The notes under the pieces: generated by a model
What the model saw: only the letters and a program-made list of their open reading frames with translations
Database searches by the model: none
Told to the model about the DNA's origin: nothing
Shown here: positions 28,379 through 38,838 of the stretch, piece after piece
Position numbering within the stretch: the stretch's first letter is position 1
How the letters are laid out: the number at the start of each line of letters is the position of its first letter
From: Bdellovibrionales bacterium
Lineage (GTDB): Bacteria > Bdellovibrionota > Bdellovibrionia > Bdellovibrionales > JAGQZY01
Assembly: GCA_964230645.1 (NCBI GenBank)
Contig: CAXRHT010000003.1
Span: 416,001 to 480,000, forward strand
Direction: 5' to 3'
Length of the DNA: 64,000 nucleotides
Position numbers and translations under genes: made by a program

Positions 28379-29500
28379 TTAAGGGTTTAAGGCGCAATAA
28401 TCGGATGAATCCTTATCTTTAGTCAACTTCGGATGCGCAAAGTAGATCTTATTTAAGCGAGTGGCGTTAGGAAGGTAAGACGAGCCCCGAGAGAGCTGTC
28501 TTTTGGCGCAAAGATCAGGACGGGGAAACTCGCTGGAGTACTCACTCCTAGCAAAAACTTCGGCTGAGAACCAATCGGCAAAGATCTCAAGGCTTTGCTC
28601 TTTTTGGGTGCCCTCAGGGGGATAAAAACTACGATTGCAGGTAAGATGTTTTTTTAAAGAGCCTGCCATTTCTTCAGTTAACTTGTTGTTCTCAACAGCC
28701 CAAAGCATTTTTGAGTCATCACGCTTTTTAGCAGCGAGTCCCTTTTCTTTTCTAAAACACTGAATCAATGGTTGAAACGGGTTTTCAGATTGGAAATAAA
28801 AGGACCAGCGGCAAGGATCAAAAGCATGTCCTATCTCGTGAGCAAGAGCGGCGAAAAAGCTAGCGTCAGTGGGGTACATGCGCGCTTCAATCCCCATATT
28901 GATTCTATTCTTAGGGGGATCATAGGCCAAACCCCAACGAACAAACTCGAGAGGACTGTTTTCATAAGGACTACCTTTAAGTTTGTCGAACCAATAGAGT
29001 TCAACGGTATCAATTTTGTGGGTGATGCGAGTTTTGCTTTTTTTCTCAATGGGCCAGGAGACTACAAGTTTTTTGGCCTGATCTTTCACCTTTTTTAAAA
29101 GCTCTTCGGCTTTCCTTTTAAAGTCGGCATCAAAGCTCTCCTCATTGATTTGTTCAAAAAGGTTTTGCACTGATCGATTGATCCTTTGATTTTGGGTGGG
29201 ATATTGCAGGAGCACGAAGTTTTCAAAATAGTACTGCCGCCACTGCTTAGCAATCTCTTCCTCTGTGGCCGCCATAAGCTCTCTTTTATCAAGCCAAGTT
29301 AAAAGCACCGGGCTTTTATTAGCGATCAGCTTTGATAAGACGGTGTCGGCCTCTTGAGCGATGGCCTCAAGGTTAGAGGCCTCACGGATTTTTTTATCAA
29401 GCTTAGTTTTTAACTGAGGATAATCCTTGTGGACAATCGCTTGATTGGCGCAAACCGGTGCCTTGGCCCAGAGAAATAAAAATAATAAATGATAAATCAA
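28379..29500 (-). CDS. Secreted putative zinc metallopeptidase (gluzincin-like)
   Basis: AHEIGHAFD plus downstream EIFADWF third-ligand motif. Confidence 0.7.
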   Translation of the reverse strand: MIYHLLFLFLWAKAPVCANQAIVHKDYPQLKTKLDKKIREASNLEAIAQEADTVLSKLIANKSPVLLTWLDKRELMAATEEEIAKQWRQYYFENFVLLQYPTQNQRINRSVQNLFEQINEESFDADFKRKAEELLKKVKDQAKKLVVSWPIEKKSKTRITHKIDTVELYWFDKLKGSPYENSPLEFVRWGLAYDPPKNRINMGIEARMYPTDASFFAALAHEIGHAFDPCRWSFYFQSENPFQPLIQCFRKEKGLAAKKRDDSKMLWAVENNKLTEEMAGSLKKHLTCNRSFYPPEGTQKEQSLEIFADWFSAEVFARSEYSSEFPRPDLCAKRQLSRGSSYLPNATRLNKIYFAHPKLTKDKDSSDYCALNP

Positions 29501-29838
29501 TTGTTAGGTCTTCCTGATGGCTCGTTGTTCAACACTAATAGATTGGATTTATCTTTTTCAAATTTCAAGGATTCTTTGTGTTCTCCGATTTCAGATATGG
29601 ATAAAACGGAGTAGATGGATAAATGATAGGTTTTGACATTTTCGAACTCAAGTTTTCTGGCTTCCTCATCGGGATTCACCAGTACACTTGAGGTATCAAA
29701 AATAAAGTCGGATAGGGAAATAAAACTTAACCCAAGAGAGGAATCACCAATCTTTTTAGCTTTGATGGATTGGTGTTCACCGTTTCTTGGGTCTCTGTAA
29801 TGAACAAGGTAGTATGTTTTCTCTTTTTTCTGAGCCAT
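29497..29838 (-). CDS. DUF1820-like protein
   Basis: FISLSDFIF..SSVLVNPDEE...EFENVK..HL pattern. Confidence 0.7.
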   Translation of the reverse strand: MAQKKEKTYYLVHYRDPRNGEHQSIKAKKIGDSSLGLSFISLSDFIFDTSSVLVNPDEEARKLEFENVKTYHLSIYSVLSISEIGEHKESLKFEKDKSNLLVLNNEPSGRPNN

Positions 29839-29844
29839 CTCTTT

Positions 29845-30189
29845 TTAGTGGAGGTACAAATTGCCGTTCTGGGCTAAGTGGTTCAACTTCTGATCTCTAA
29901 GGTGAGGATTCATCTCGGCTTCCATTTCCACGAAATACTCAAGAAGTCCTTCTTTGGCATTTCGGATAGCATCAAAGGGATCTTTGTGGCGACCCACTGT
30001 TTGGATTTCTCCTTCTTCCTGATAGGCTGTCACTTCGGCTTCGTATTCTCCCTTACCTACTTCGGTGAGTCGCACTTGCAGGGAGGACTTGTCAGTTAAA
30101 TGAGGCTGTAAATCCGCCATTTGTTGTTGGATATAGGCTGTGAACTCTTTTTCGTTAATCTTCATATTTTTAGAATCGATTTTAACCAT
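29845..30189 (-). CDS. HPF/RaiA-fold-like small protein
   Basis: beta-alpha-beta3-alpha pattern with DPFDAIRNAKE helix; GAGG RBS. Confidence 0.5.
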   Translation of the reverse strand: MVKIDSKNMKINEKEFTAYIQQQMADLQPHLTDKSSLQVRLTEVGKGEYEAEVTAYQEEGEIQTVGRHKDPFDAIRNAKEGLLEYFVEMEAEMNPHLRDQKLNHLAQNGNLYLH

Positions 30190-30466
30190 AGGTCACCTCT
30201 CCTATATAATGTGAGGCTCCCTTGAAATCTGTCAATGCAGCTATTTTCCCAAGTAATATTAGTGGCTTAAGGTGGTGTGCTTGAGGCCTTTTAGACTCGC
30301 TCGACCATCTTCTAGGAAAAGCTTAATCCTTAGGCTTTTCAAGTCCAAGAGGGACGTTCTCAGCTTTAAAATAGAGCGCTTTTGGACAGTCCGAGCATTG
30401 ACCCAGGTGGTGAGATCTTTTTAAGTAGAGGGGTTTAAAATATTATCGAAACCAAAAAGAGGCCCT

Positions 30467-31147
30467 GTGGAAAAATCTTGGGAAAAGCATTTAAAGTCAG
30501 AATTTGAAAAGTCCTACATGAAGGATCTGAAGACTTTTTTAAAGTCGGAATACGATGCGGGTAAAACAATTTATCCTTCAAAATCAGAGTACTTTGCCGC
30601 TTTCGATCACACCCCTTTAGATGATGTGAAAGTTGTGATCCTTGGACAAGATCCCTATCATGGCCCGGGCCAAGCCCATGGACTTTGTTTTTCAGTCAAA
30701 CCTGGCGTGAAAACACCTCCTTCGCTTGTGAATATTTATAAGGAGATCAAAGAGGACTTAGGAATCTCCAATCCCGATCATGGTTATTTGATCAATTGGG
30801 CCGAGCAAGGGGTGCTACTTTTAAATAGTGTGATGACCGTTGAAAAAGGACAAGCCGCTTCCCATAGAAACAAAGGCTGGGAGAAGTTTACTGACCGAGT
30901 GATCGAAGTTCTCAACGAACGAGAAAAACCCATGGTTTTTATTTTGTGGGGAAGTTATGCCCAAAAAAAAGGAGCCATTGTCGATGATAAAAAGCACTTG
31001 GTGCTAAAGGGGCCTCATCCCTCCCCCTTATCGGCTCATCGTGGTTTCTTTGGGTGCAAACATTTTTCTAAGGCCAATGACTTTTTAATCAAAAATGGTC
31101 AAGCTCCTATCGATTGGGAACTTCCCACCAGGACCACTCTTAACTAA
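30467..31147 (+). CDS. ung: Uracil-DNA glycosylase
   Basis: GQDPYH, PPSLVNI, GVLLLN, HPSPLS. Confidence 0.97.
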   Translation: MEKSWEKHLKSEFEKSYMKDLKTFLKSEYDAGKTIYPSKSEYFAAFDHTPLDDVKVVILGQDPYHGPGQAHGLCFSVKPGVKTPPSLVNIYKEIKEDLGISNPDHGYLINWAEQGVLLLNSVMTVEKGQAASHRNKGWEKFTDRVIEVLNEREKPMVFILWGSYAQKKGAIVDDKKHLVLKGPHPSPLSAHRGFFGCKHFSKANDFLIKNGQAPIDWELPTRTTLN

Positions 31148-31159
31148 AGGCTTTCATTT

Positions 31160-32209
31160 ATGCTCTCTTTTCAAAGCCAAGTCATAATTAAAAATAAATT
31201 TCCCGACTTCAGCACCGACGGTATGTTTTTACTTTATGACTTATCCATTCTCGATGGCGGCGAGAGTGATGAAGACAAAAAAGCTTTCATCGATCAATTT
31301 GAATATAAACTTGGTCTTAAGGGCGGTGAGAATTTAAAAGCGTTTAAAGATTTTCCAAAGAACTTAGAGCAGATTTTAAAAAAATGGCCCCAGCCTATTA
31401 GTCGCTCGCAAACAATGGTCATTCTTGGAGGCGGTAGTCTTGGTGATTTTGGTGGCTTTGCCGCCTCAGTGATAAAAAGAGGAGTGAACCTCATTCAAAT
31501 CCCTTCGACTTGGCTCAGTGCTATGGACTCAGCCCACGGGGGGAAAACGGCCCTTAATCTTAATGGTATTAAAAATCAGGTGGGAAGTTTTTATCCCGCT
31601 CAGAAAGTTTATATTATTCGGGATCTTTTAGAGTCCGTTCCTGTGGAAATCAAAGAGCAGTCTTTTGGAGAGCTTATTAAAATGGGGCTGATCGGTGAGT
31701 CCAAATTTTTTAAGGAGATTGCCTATGAAAAACGCGAAGCCAAAGATTTCATGTGGCGATTTCTGAAATTCTGTATTGAAGACAAATACGAAGTTATTTT
31801 GCAAGATCCCTATGAAAAAAACAAAATTCGCCAGGTTTTAAACTTTGGTCACACCTTAGGGCATGCCTTTGAAAGTCATTTCTCATGGTCCCATGGAGAC
31901 AGCGTCTTGCAAGGTGTTTTCTTTGCTCTTGAGTGGAGCCGCTATCGAGGGGATCTTTCCCAAGGCACCTTTGATGACATCATGAAAATCATAAAAGAGA
32001 AGTTTAACCGAGTCCCTGCGACGGAGCTGAAATGGTATAAAAAACCTGGGGTGAAAACTTTTAAAAAGATTATTCTCGATGATAAAAAAATGAAGACGGA
32101 TGGTTCTCTTAATTTTGTTTTCTTAAAAAGTATAGGAAAACCCATTGTTAAATCCGTTCTCGTAGAGGACCTACTTTCTGAGGCGAGTCGACAAAATTGG
32201 ATCAAATAA
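31160..32209 (+). CDS. aroB: 3-dehydroquinate synthase
   Basis: GGGSLGD, PST..DSAHGGKT, KNQVGSFY, LNFGHTLGHAFE, SHG. Confidence 0.93.
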   Translation: MLSFQSQVIIKNKFPDFSTDGMFLLYDLSILDGGESDEDKKAFIDQFEYKLGLKGGENLKAFKDFPKNLEQILKKWPQPISRSQTMVILGGGSLGDFGGFAASVIKRGVNLIQIPSTWLSAMDSAHGGKTALNLNGIKNQVGSFYPAQKVYIIRDLLESVPVEIKEQSFGELIKMGLIGESKFFKEIAYEKREAKDFMWRFLKFCIEDKYEVILQDPYEKNKIRQVLNFGHTLGHAFESHFSWSHGDSVLQGVFFALEWSRYRGDLSQGTFDDIMKIIKEKFNRVPATELKWYKKPGVKTFKKIILDDKKMKTDGSLNFVFLKSIGKPIVKSVLVEDLLSEASRQNWIK

Positions 32210-33387
32210 AAGAGTTTCAATATTCAGGAAAAATAAGTGCTTCGAAGTCTCTCTACAATCGAGCTTTAATCTTGCAATCCTTTTTCCCCGACTTCCACAT
32301 TATTGGGGAGTCTCAGTGCGAAGATGTGCTTTATCTCAGACAAGCTTTAATGAATTTGGAGACAGGTCTTGAGACCGCCTTTGATTGCGGCTCAGGTGGC
32401 ACAACCCTAAGGTTTTTATTAGCAAGGCTTTCACGGGAGGAAGGGGAGTTTGTCATCCGAGGTTCCAATCGTTTGATGCAAAGACCTCACAAACCTCTTT
32501 ACGATAGCTTGCGTGCGCTAGGCTGTGAGATCTCCTATGAAAATGCTGGTGAAATCCATTTGATTTCTAAGGGTTGGCAAAAACAAAAAGTGACACTCAA
32601 TCTAGATTTCTCAAGCCAATTTCTATCGGCCTTACTACTTTCTTGCTGGAAGCTTCCCTTTGATTTTGAAATTCAGACGGGTCCAAGGGAACAAGGAGGA
32701 TCTTATTTAGAAATGACGATCGCCTTTTTAAAGTCCATGGGTATGGTGATTGATGAAGGAGAAGATTTCCTGAAGGTTCCTAAAAACCAAGAGCCCAAAG
32801 AAAATTCTTATGAAGTGGAGCCTGATATGAGCTCAGCTTTTACTCTAGGGGCCTTTGCTTTTTTAAAAGGAAAGCTTGTCCTCGAGTCGTTTCCTGAAAA
32901 ATCACTTCAGCCTGATTTTATCTTTACCGAACTCTTTGAAGTAATGGGCGCAAAACCTGAATATAATTCTGCAAAAAGAACATTGATCGTTGAAAAGGCT
33001 CAGTCTCCTCAAAGTGTGAATTGGAATTTGCGCAAAAATCCGGATCTCTTTCCTGTTTTAGCCGTCCTTCTTTCCCGAGTGCCTGGGGAGTCCTTTTTAT
33101 CAGGGCTTGAGGCCTTGGCTTTTAAGGAGTCCCACCGTCTTGATAATATCGTGGATCTTCTCTCAGAGCTTGGTTTTAAATGTAGCGTACAGAATAAAAG
33201 ATTTGTGATCAAAGGGGAAGCAACCCATACCTATCCGGAGGAGCCACTGAATTTTGATCCTGACCAAGATCATCGCATGGCCATGGCTGCGGCCTTAGCT
33301 TGCTATCAAGGAGCTTCCATAGAAATATCTCACCCAGAGGTGGTCAATAAAAGTTTTCCGGAGTTCTGGGAGATTTTAAAACTATGA
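32197..33387 (+). CDS. aroA: EPSP synthase
   Basis: SKSLYNRAL, SGGTTLRF, RPH, SSQFLSALL, KESHR, DHRMAM, KSFPEFW. Confidence 0.93.
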   Translation: MDQIKEFQYSGKISASKSLYNRALILQSFFPDFHIIGESQCEDVLYLRQALMNLETGLETAFDCGSGGTTLRFLLARLSREEGEFVIRGSNRLMQRPHKPLYDSLRALGCEISYENAGEIHLISKGWQKQKVTLNLDFSSQFLSALLLSCWKLPFDFEIQTGPREQGGSYLEMTIAFLKSMGMVIDEGEDFLKVPKNQEPKENSYEVEPDMSSAFTLGAFAFLKGKLVLESFPEKSLQPDFIFTELFEVMGAKPEYNSAKRTLIVEKAQSPQSVNWNLRKNPDLFPVLAVLLSRVPGESFLSGLEALAFKESHRLDNIVDLLSELGFKCSVQNKRFVIKGEATHTYPEEPLNFDPDQDHRMAMAAALACYQGASIEISHPEVVNKSFPEFWEILKL

Positions 33388-35084
33388 ACAGTTGGATTCT
33401 TGTTGGACATCGGGGGGTAGGGAAAAGCACAGTCTTCAACCTATTAAAGCGGCGCTTTAGTGGTGAATTCCTATTTTACTCCTTAGACGAAGAAATTGTT
33501 AAAAAGACAGGTCAGAGTATTAAAGAAATTTTTGACAAAGAGGGGGAGAAAAAGTTTCGTGAGTATGAGAATGACATCTTCAAAGTGCTTTCTGATAAAC
33601 CCCAAAAAAAACCTCTGATCGTCGATCTTGGAGCGGGATTTCAAGGAAATAAACCTCATGGTTGGAAGGGGTTATGGGTTAAGCGCAGTATTGATTCCTC
33701 CAAATCTCTTTTTCTTAACAGACCGAAACTTTCAGACTCCTTGCAAATGTCAAAAGAGCGTTTCCAAGCCCGAGAAAAAAAGTACTTCGAGATGAGTGAT
33801 TTTGAACTTCTTCTTCCAGAGGGTTTATCTGAGTTGAGCCATCCAGATGGGAAAATTTTTGATAGTTTGATGGCTGAAAAGCCAGTGAAGCTTCCCCTTC
33901 AAGCCTGGGGTTGGACTCTGCAAGGTGAGGGTTTTAACAAGAAAAAAGAGTGGTTAGAAAGTTTAGGGCTTGGCTTTTTGGAATACCGCGATGATCTGAT
34001 TGACCAAAGACCACAAGAAAAAGCCAGCAATGAATTGATGAGCTATCGCAGCTCTCCTAAAAAGAAAAATAAAAACTTAAAGTTTTATGACTGGCCTCTA
34101 GAGTGGAGTTGGGACGAAGAGGCCTCTCTTCTTTCCCTTCACAGCAAAACAAAAAGCCTTGAAGAAACTTTTGAGAATTTGCCAAAAACCGATCAAATAA
34201 TAAAACTGGCTCTTCCAGTAGAGAACTTTTCAGAACTTATAGAGGGCCACCGCTGGGCCATAGAAGATAAGGATAAAAGAATTTTTCTTCCCATGTCGAA
34301 AGAAGGCCGCTGGTCTTGGTATCGCCTTCTTAGCTCTCGTTGGCATAAGTATAATTTTTTAAAATTGTCGGAAGGCTCTGCTCCCGATCAACCGAGCCTT
34401 TTTGATGTGGTGAATTTCAATCCTCAATTTTGCTCTTTTGCGGCCATCCTTGGTTCACCCGTGAGTCATTCCCTGACCCCAAGGTTCCATCAAAATTTTT
34501 TTCAAGAAAAAAAATCCAATATTTTGCGAATTGATGTGAATGAAAGCGAAGTGGATAAAGCTCTTCCCTTCTTAAAAGAATTGGGGCTAAGGTGGGCGGC
34601 GGTAACCTCTCCTTTGAAAAAGGAAGTGGCACGATTCACGAAAAGTGATCTCGATGCTGTTAACACTTTGGCCTGGCGGAATGAAAGTTGGCAGACCACA
34701 AATACCGACGCCAAAGGTTTTGAGTTCTTGATGAGAGATTATGACAGATCTTCGAAAGTGATTTGGGGAGGGGGAGGAACGCTTTCCTCTCTAAACCCTT
34801 CCGGAGTGCCCTCCGCCTTTTATTCCTCAAGAACGGGGAAGCTGAAGAGGGGCGATGAGATTGACCAGCCAGAAGTTCTCGTGTGGGCTGTGGGAAGAGA
34901 ACAATTTGACAAAAAAGGCGTTTTTCCTTCCAAAGATTGGCCCATTAAGATGGTACTTGATCTTAATTACAGTCAGAACTCACCGGGAATTGAGTGTGCC
35001 TCCCGTTATGGTTGCCAATATCGGTCGGGATTGGATATGTTTGTCGCGCAAGCAAAAGCCCAACAGGAGTTTTGGAATGAGTAG
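33384..35084 (+). CDS. Trifunctional shikimate kinase / type I 3-dehydroquinate dehydratase / shikimate dehydrogenase (AroK-AroD-AroE)
   Basis: GHRGVGKST and EGEKKFREYE (AroK); LEYRDD, LSLH, IKLA, PMSKEG, SAPDQP (AroD); GSPVSHSLTP, VTSPLK, AVNT, NTD, GLDMFVAQA (AroE). Confidence 0.85.
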   Translation: MNSWILVGHRGVGKSTVFNLLKRRFSGEFLFYSLDEEIVKKTGQSIKEIFDKEGEKKFREYENDIFKVLSDKPQKKPLIVDLGAGFQGNKPHGWKGLWVKRSIDSSKSLFLNRPKLSDSLQMSKERFQAREKKYFEMSDFELLLPEGLSELSHPDGKIFDSLMAEKPVKLPLQAWGWTLQGEGFNKKKEWLESLGLGFLEYRDDLIDQRPQEKASNELMSYRSSPKKKNKNLKFYDWPLEWSWDEEASLLSLHSKTKSLEETFENLPKTDQIIKLALPVENFSELIEGHRWAIEDKDKRIFLPMSKEGRWSWYRLLSSRWHKYNFLKLSEGSAPDQPSLFDVVNFNPQFCSFAAILGSPVSHSLTPRFHQNFFQEKKSNILRIDVNESEVDKALPFLKELGLRWAAVTSPLKKEVARFTKSDLDAVNTLAWRNESWQTTNTDAKGFEFLMRDYDRSSKVIWGGGGTLSSLNPSGVPSAFYSSRTGKLKRGDEIDQPEVLVWAVGREQFDKKGVFPSKDWPIKMVLDLNYSQNSPGIECASRYGCQYRSGLDMFVAQAKAQQEFWNE

Positions 35085-36045
35085 AGGTTCAAATACTTTT
35101 GGTCAATATTTTCAGTGGACAAGTTTTGGTGAAAGCCATGGCCCAGCCATGGGTGTGGTGATCGATGGTTGTCCCGCGGGACTCGAGTTTGATAGCGATT
35201 TGCTTTTGAGTAATTTAGCAAAAAGGCGACCTGGTAAAAAAGGGGAGTCGGGGCGACAGGAAGCCGATGAGCCTGAAATCCTTAGTGGTGTGTTTGAAGG
35301 GCGAACCTTAGGAACACCCATTGCCATGGTGGTAAGAAATCAAGATCAACGCTCCAAAGACTATAGTGAGATTAAAAATAGTCCTCGCACGGGGCACGCC
35401 GATGACCTTTGGAAAGAAAAGTTTTCCAATTGGGACTATCGAGGGGGTGGTAGAGCCTCTGCCAGAGAAACTCTCAATTGGGTAATGGCAGGTTCGGTCG
35501 CCCAAATGTTAGTAAGAGCCCTTTATGCTTCAACGAGTGTTCGCAGTGAAATTTTGGAAGTCGGTGGCGAGACTTTTAAAGGTAAAGACGATCCCAAACT
35601 CCTCGAGATGTTAGAACAAGCCAAAACAGACGGGGAGAGCTTTGGTGCGATTTTAGGTCTTAGCATCACTCACCCTCCGAGGCTTCTTGGTGAGCCCACA
35701 CTCACAAAATTTAAGGGAGTGCTGGGGCAAGCTCTGATGCTTATCAATGCTTGTTGTGGTGTAGAGTGGGGTGATGGATTTAAGATGGCTCGTAAAAAAG
35801 GAAGTGAGGTTCATCAAGACCCTCAGTCTCCGAGTTACGGAGGCCAGCGTGGGGGAATCACCACGGGAGAGGAGGTCACTATTCAAATGGCTTTTAAACC
35901 CACCTCTAGTATCAAAGATATCGCCAAGAAAGGACGACATGATCCATGTGTCGCTTTAAGAGCGGGTCCGATCGCTGAAGCCATGGTTTGGAACGTTATG
36001 GCCGATTTAATCTTGGCAAGACGTCTCAACAATATGGATATTTAA
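35077..36045 (+). CDS. aroC: Chorismate synthase
   Basis: NTFG..SFGESHG, RRPG, PRTGHAD, GGGRASARET, FKPTSSI, GRHDPC; likely start ATG 35077. Confidence 0.95.
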   Translation: MSRGSNTFGQYFQWTSFGESHGPAMGVVIDGCPAGLEFDSDLLLSNLAKRRPGKKGESGRQEADEPEILSGVFEGRTLGTPIAMVVRNQDQRSKDYSEIKNSPRTGHADDLWKEKFSNWDYRGGGRASARETLNWVMAGSVAQMLVRALYASTSVRSEILEVGGETFKGKDDPKLLEMLEQAKTDGESFGAILGLSITHPPRLLGEPTLTKFKGVLGQALMLINACCGVEWGDGFKMARKKGSEVHQDPQSPSYGGQRGGITTGEEVTIQMAFKPTSSIKDIAKKGRHDPCVALRAGPIAEAMVWNVMADLILARRLNNMDI

Positions 36046-36749
36046 TTTTTATCGGCGGCAGAAATTCTCTTCAATTGTTCAATGATAACATTTGAATGTT
36101 CGTAGCGAAAATGAACGTCATAGTCTCCGATGATACTTTTATAAACTTCTTTCGTGTCGGTCGAATCTCGATCGACCAGGTTACGAACTTCATACTGAAG
36201 GGTTTGTTTTAAAAGATCTCCGTAGTCTTGGCTTGATGAGGCTTCCAAAATTTGTTCCGCCTCTTTAGAAAAACGGACTTCAAATAAAGTTTCCTGGGCA
36301 GAGCCTGTCCAACCGACCTCTACATTGTCGGCCTGATCATAGGCAGGGATATAGGGCTTGATATCAAAAATTGGAGTGCCATCGACCAGATCTGTCGCCG
36401 AGATTAAAAGTTCATTTTTTTCAAAATCGATGGAAAGCAATCGAACAAGTGTTAGACCCACGGGATTGGGGCGATGGGGTGACCGGGTCGCAAGCACTCC
36501 TTTTTTTTCTCCTTTTAAACGAGGGGGCCTAATTTTACCGTTGATGCGACTGGGTCCTTTTTTGTGGAAATAGGAGAAAAGCCAAATGTGACTAAAGTCA
36601 CCGAGATCCGTTAAAATTCCCTCGGGGAGCCAGGGTTCTAAAATGACTTTTGAAGGGACGTTGTGACGGAGCACGGCCTGACGAGGAGTGCAAAACTTTT
36701 GTTTGTAAGGGGAGGCAACCCTTCCTATGGCTTTGAGTGGGATTTCCAT
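36042..36749 (-). CDS. tsaA: tRNA m6t6A37 methyltransferase TrmO
   Basis: KFCTPRQ, RPPRL, GVLATRSPHRPNPVGL, DGTPIFDIKPY. Confidence 0.93.
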   Translation of the reverse strand: MEIPLKAIGRVASPYKQKFCTPRQAVLRHNVPSKVILEPWLPEGILTDLGDFSHIWLFSYFHKKGPSRINGKIRPPRLKGEKKGVLATRSPHRPNPVGLTLVRLLSIDFEKNELLISATDLVDGTPIFDIKPYIPAYDQADNVEVGWTGSAQETLFEVRFSKEAEQILEASSSQDYGDLLKQTLQYEVRNLVDRDSTDTKEVYKSIIGDYDVHFRYEHSNVIIEQLKRISAADKN

Positions 36750-36798
36750 GGATTAAGTTTCTAGCATCCCTCATAGGATTATGCTAGGCTAACGACTT

Positions 36799-38838
36799 AT
36801 GAAACCAGACCGAATCTCAGGACTTGTAAAGCGCCACCCCGATGGTTTTGGATTTTTAATCCCTGATCAGCCCGACCAACCCGATCTCTTCCTTTCCCGC
36901 AAAGAAATGGTAGGAATCATGACCAATGACCGCGTTGAAGCGGACTTGATGAAAGAAAAAAAGGGCGACCGTTATTTTGGAAAGTCCGTAGAAATATTGG
37001 AGCGCGGAGTGAACCGCGTTGTTGGAAAAGTAAGGAAGACCTCCAAAGGTGATTTGGAACTTATGGACGGTTTTCAAAAATGGGGTGCGGCTTTAAAAAT
37101 TCCCTATAAAAAATCAAGAGGAGCCGTTGAAGGTGACCTAGTGGCCGTTGAAATTGTAGACTACCCTTCAAAGAAAGGTGACTTTACTGGTCGTGTGGTA
37201 GAAATCATCGGTGATGATAAAGATCCCAATAATGATTTAAAAAGAGTTCTTCATCTTCATGAAATTCCCATGGACTTTCCTTTTAATGTAACCACGGAGG
37301 CTCGCGCGCTCCCAGAGAAAGTGGAAGAAAAAGACGTTCAAGGGCGAAAAGATCTAAGAAAGAAAGCTTTTATCACCATCGATGGGGTTACCGCCAAAGA
37401 TTTTGATGATGCTATTTATGTAGAAAATTCTGAAAAAGGTTTCAGACTCTGGGTGGCTATTGCTGACGTCAGCCATTATGTAAGGCCTGGGTCGGCTCTT
37501 GATGATCAAGCTTTTGATCGTGGGACTAGTGTTTATCTACCTAATTATGTTGTTCCGATGCTTCCGGAAGAACTCTCCAATGAAATTTGTTCTTTAAAGC
37601 CCGAGGTCGACCGTTTGGCTTTTGTTTGTGAAATGGGACTTGGCTTTAATGGAGAGCTTCTTGATTCGCAAGTCTACGAAGCCGTGATTCATTCTCATGC
37701 GCGAGTGACTTACGGCGAAGCTCAAGACATCATCAACGGAGATGAAACCCATAAGAAAAAAGAAGTGCAAGAAAACATCTTGCTGGGCGCTGACCTTGCC
37801 AAAATCTTAATGTCAAAAAGGTTTAAAGAAGGCTCCCTTGATCTGGAAGTTCCAGAAACGGAAGTGGTTGTTGATGAACTAGGGAACACTGTTGATGTTA
37901 TTAAAAGTGAGCGAGTCTTTGCTCACAAACTGATTGAAGAGATGATGTTAATGGCCAATATTGCCGTGGCTCGCATGATTCAAAACAAGGAACAAGCCGG
38001 ACTCTTCCGTGTGCATCCCTCCCCGGAAGGTGAGGATATTGAGCGCATTCAGCAATTTCTCAACCAGTTTGGCAGTCAAAAACGTCTGAGTGGGGGCTCT
38101 TTACAAAAGAAGCTCACTAAAAGTCTCCAGGAATTTAAAGGCAAACCTGAGGGAGTGGTTTTAAATATTTTGACCTTAAGATCAATGAACCAGGCCTGTT
38201 ACTCGGCTGATAATATCGGTCATTTCGGTCTTGGTTTTGCAGATTACGCCCATTTTACTTCACCGATCAGACGTTACCCTGACTTGGTTGTCCACCGCAT
38301 TTTAAAGAAGCTCTTCACGGATTCAAGAGCTGGTTTTCTTTACTCGGAAGAGGATCTACAAACTTTCGGTTCTGTTTTAAGTGCTCATGAGCAGCGTGCA
38401 GTGAAAGCTGAACGCCAAGTGATCTCCATTAAAAAGGCGCGCTTTCTAGAGGATAAAGTCGGAGAGATTTTCCCGGGTATTATAAGTAGTGTCACGAAAT
38501 TCGGAGTTTTTGTCCTTCTTAGACAATTTGATATTGATGGTCTGGTCAAAGTTGAAAATCTAGGAGATGATTACTTTGAATACGATGAAGATCAATTGAT
38601 TCTGGTTGGGAAAAAATCAGGAAAAGTGTTCAAGCTTGGAGACACGGTGGAAGTCCTTGTTTCAGCCGTGGACACAGAAGATGGTAAAATTGACTTCATG
38701 CTAACAAAAGAGGGTAGCAATGAGTTGGTTACAAAAACCCATTCAAATCGGCGAGACAATAAAAAACGCGGGAAGACTCAGAAAAATCGTAAGCGTGTTC
38801 GCAAGAAACGGGTTTCAGGACGTCGCTCAAAAAATTAG
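36799..38838 (+). CDS. rnr: Ribonuclease R
   Basis: HPDGFGF, TIDGVTAKDFDDA, HFTSPIRRYPDL, S1 domain, basic tail. Confidence 0.96.
   Translation: MKPDRISGLVKRHPDGFGFLIPDQPDQPDLFLSRKEMVGIMTNDRVEADLMKEKKGDRYFGKSVEILERGVNRVVGKVRKTSKGDLELMDGFQKWGAALKIPYKKSRGAVEGDLVAVEIVDYPSKKGDFTGRVVEIIGDDKDPNNDLKRVLHLHEIPMDFPFNVTTEARALPEKVEEKDVQGRKDLRKKAFITIDGVTAKDFDDAIYVENSEKGFRLWVAIADVSHYVRPGSALDDQAFDRGTSVYLPNYVVPMLPEELSNEICSLKPEVDRLAFVCEMGLGFNGELLDSQVYEAVIHSHARVTYGEAQDIINGDETHKKKEVQENILLGADLAKILMSKRFKEGSLDLEVPETEVVVDELGNTVDVIKSERVFAHKLIEEMMLMANIAVARMIQNKEQAGLFRVHPSPEGEDIERIQQFLNQFGSQKRLSGGSLQKKLTKSLQEFKGKPEGVVLNILTLRSMNQACYSADNIGHFGLGFADYAHFTSPIRRYPDLVVHRILKKLFTDSRAGFLYSEEDLQTFGSVLSAHEQRAVKAERQVISIKKARFLEDKVGEIFPGIISSVTKFGVFVLLRQFDIDGLVKVENLGDDYFEYDEDQLILVGKKSGKVFKLGDTVEVLVSAVDTEDGKIDFMLTKEGSNELVTKTHSNRRDNKKRGKTQKNRKRVRKKRVSGRRSKN

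Noticed and set aside
32197..33387. Programmed frameshifts joining aroB, aroA and aroK into one polypeptide
   Set aside because: No canonical slippery heptamer or stimulatory structure seen at the junctions; short overlaps fit translational coupling.
34855..35076. N-terminal extension of aroC in the ORF track
   Set aside because: It overlaps the AroE domain; chorismate synthase similarity begins at ATG 35077.
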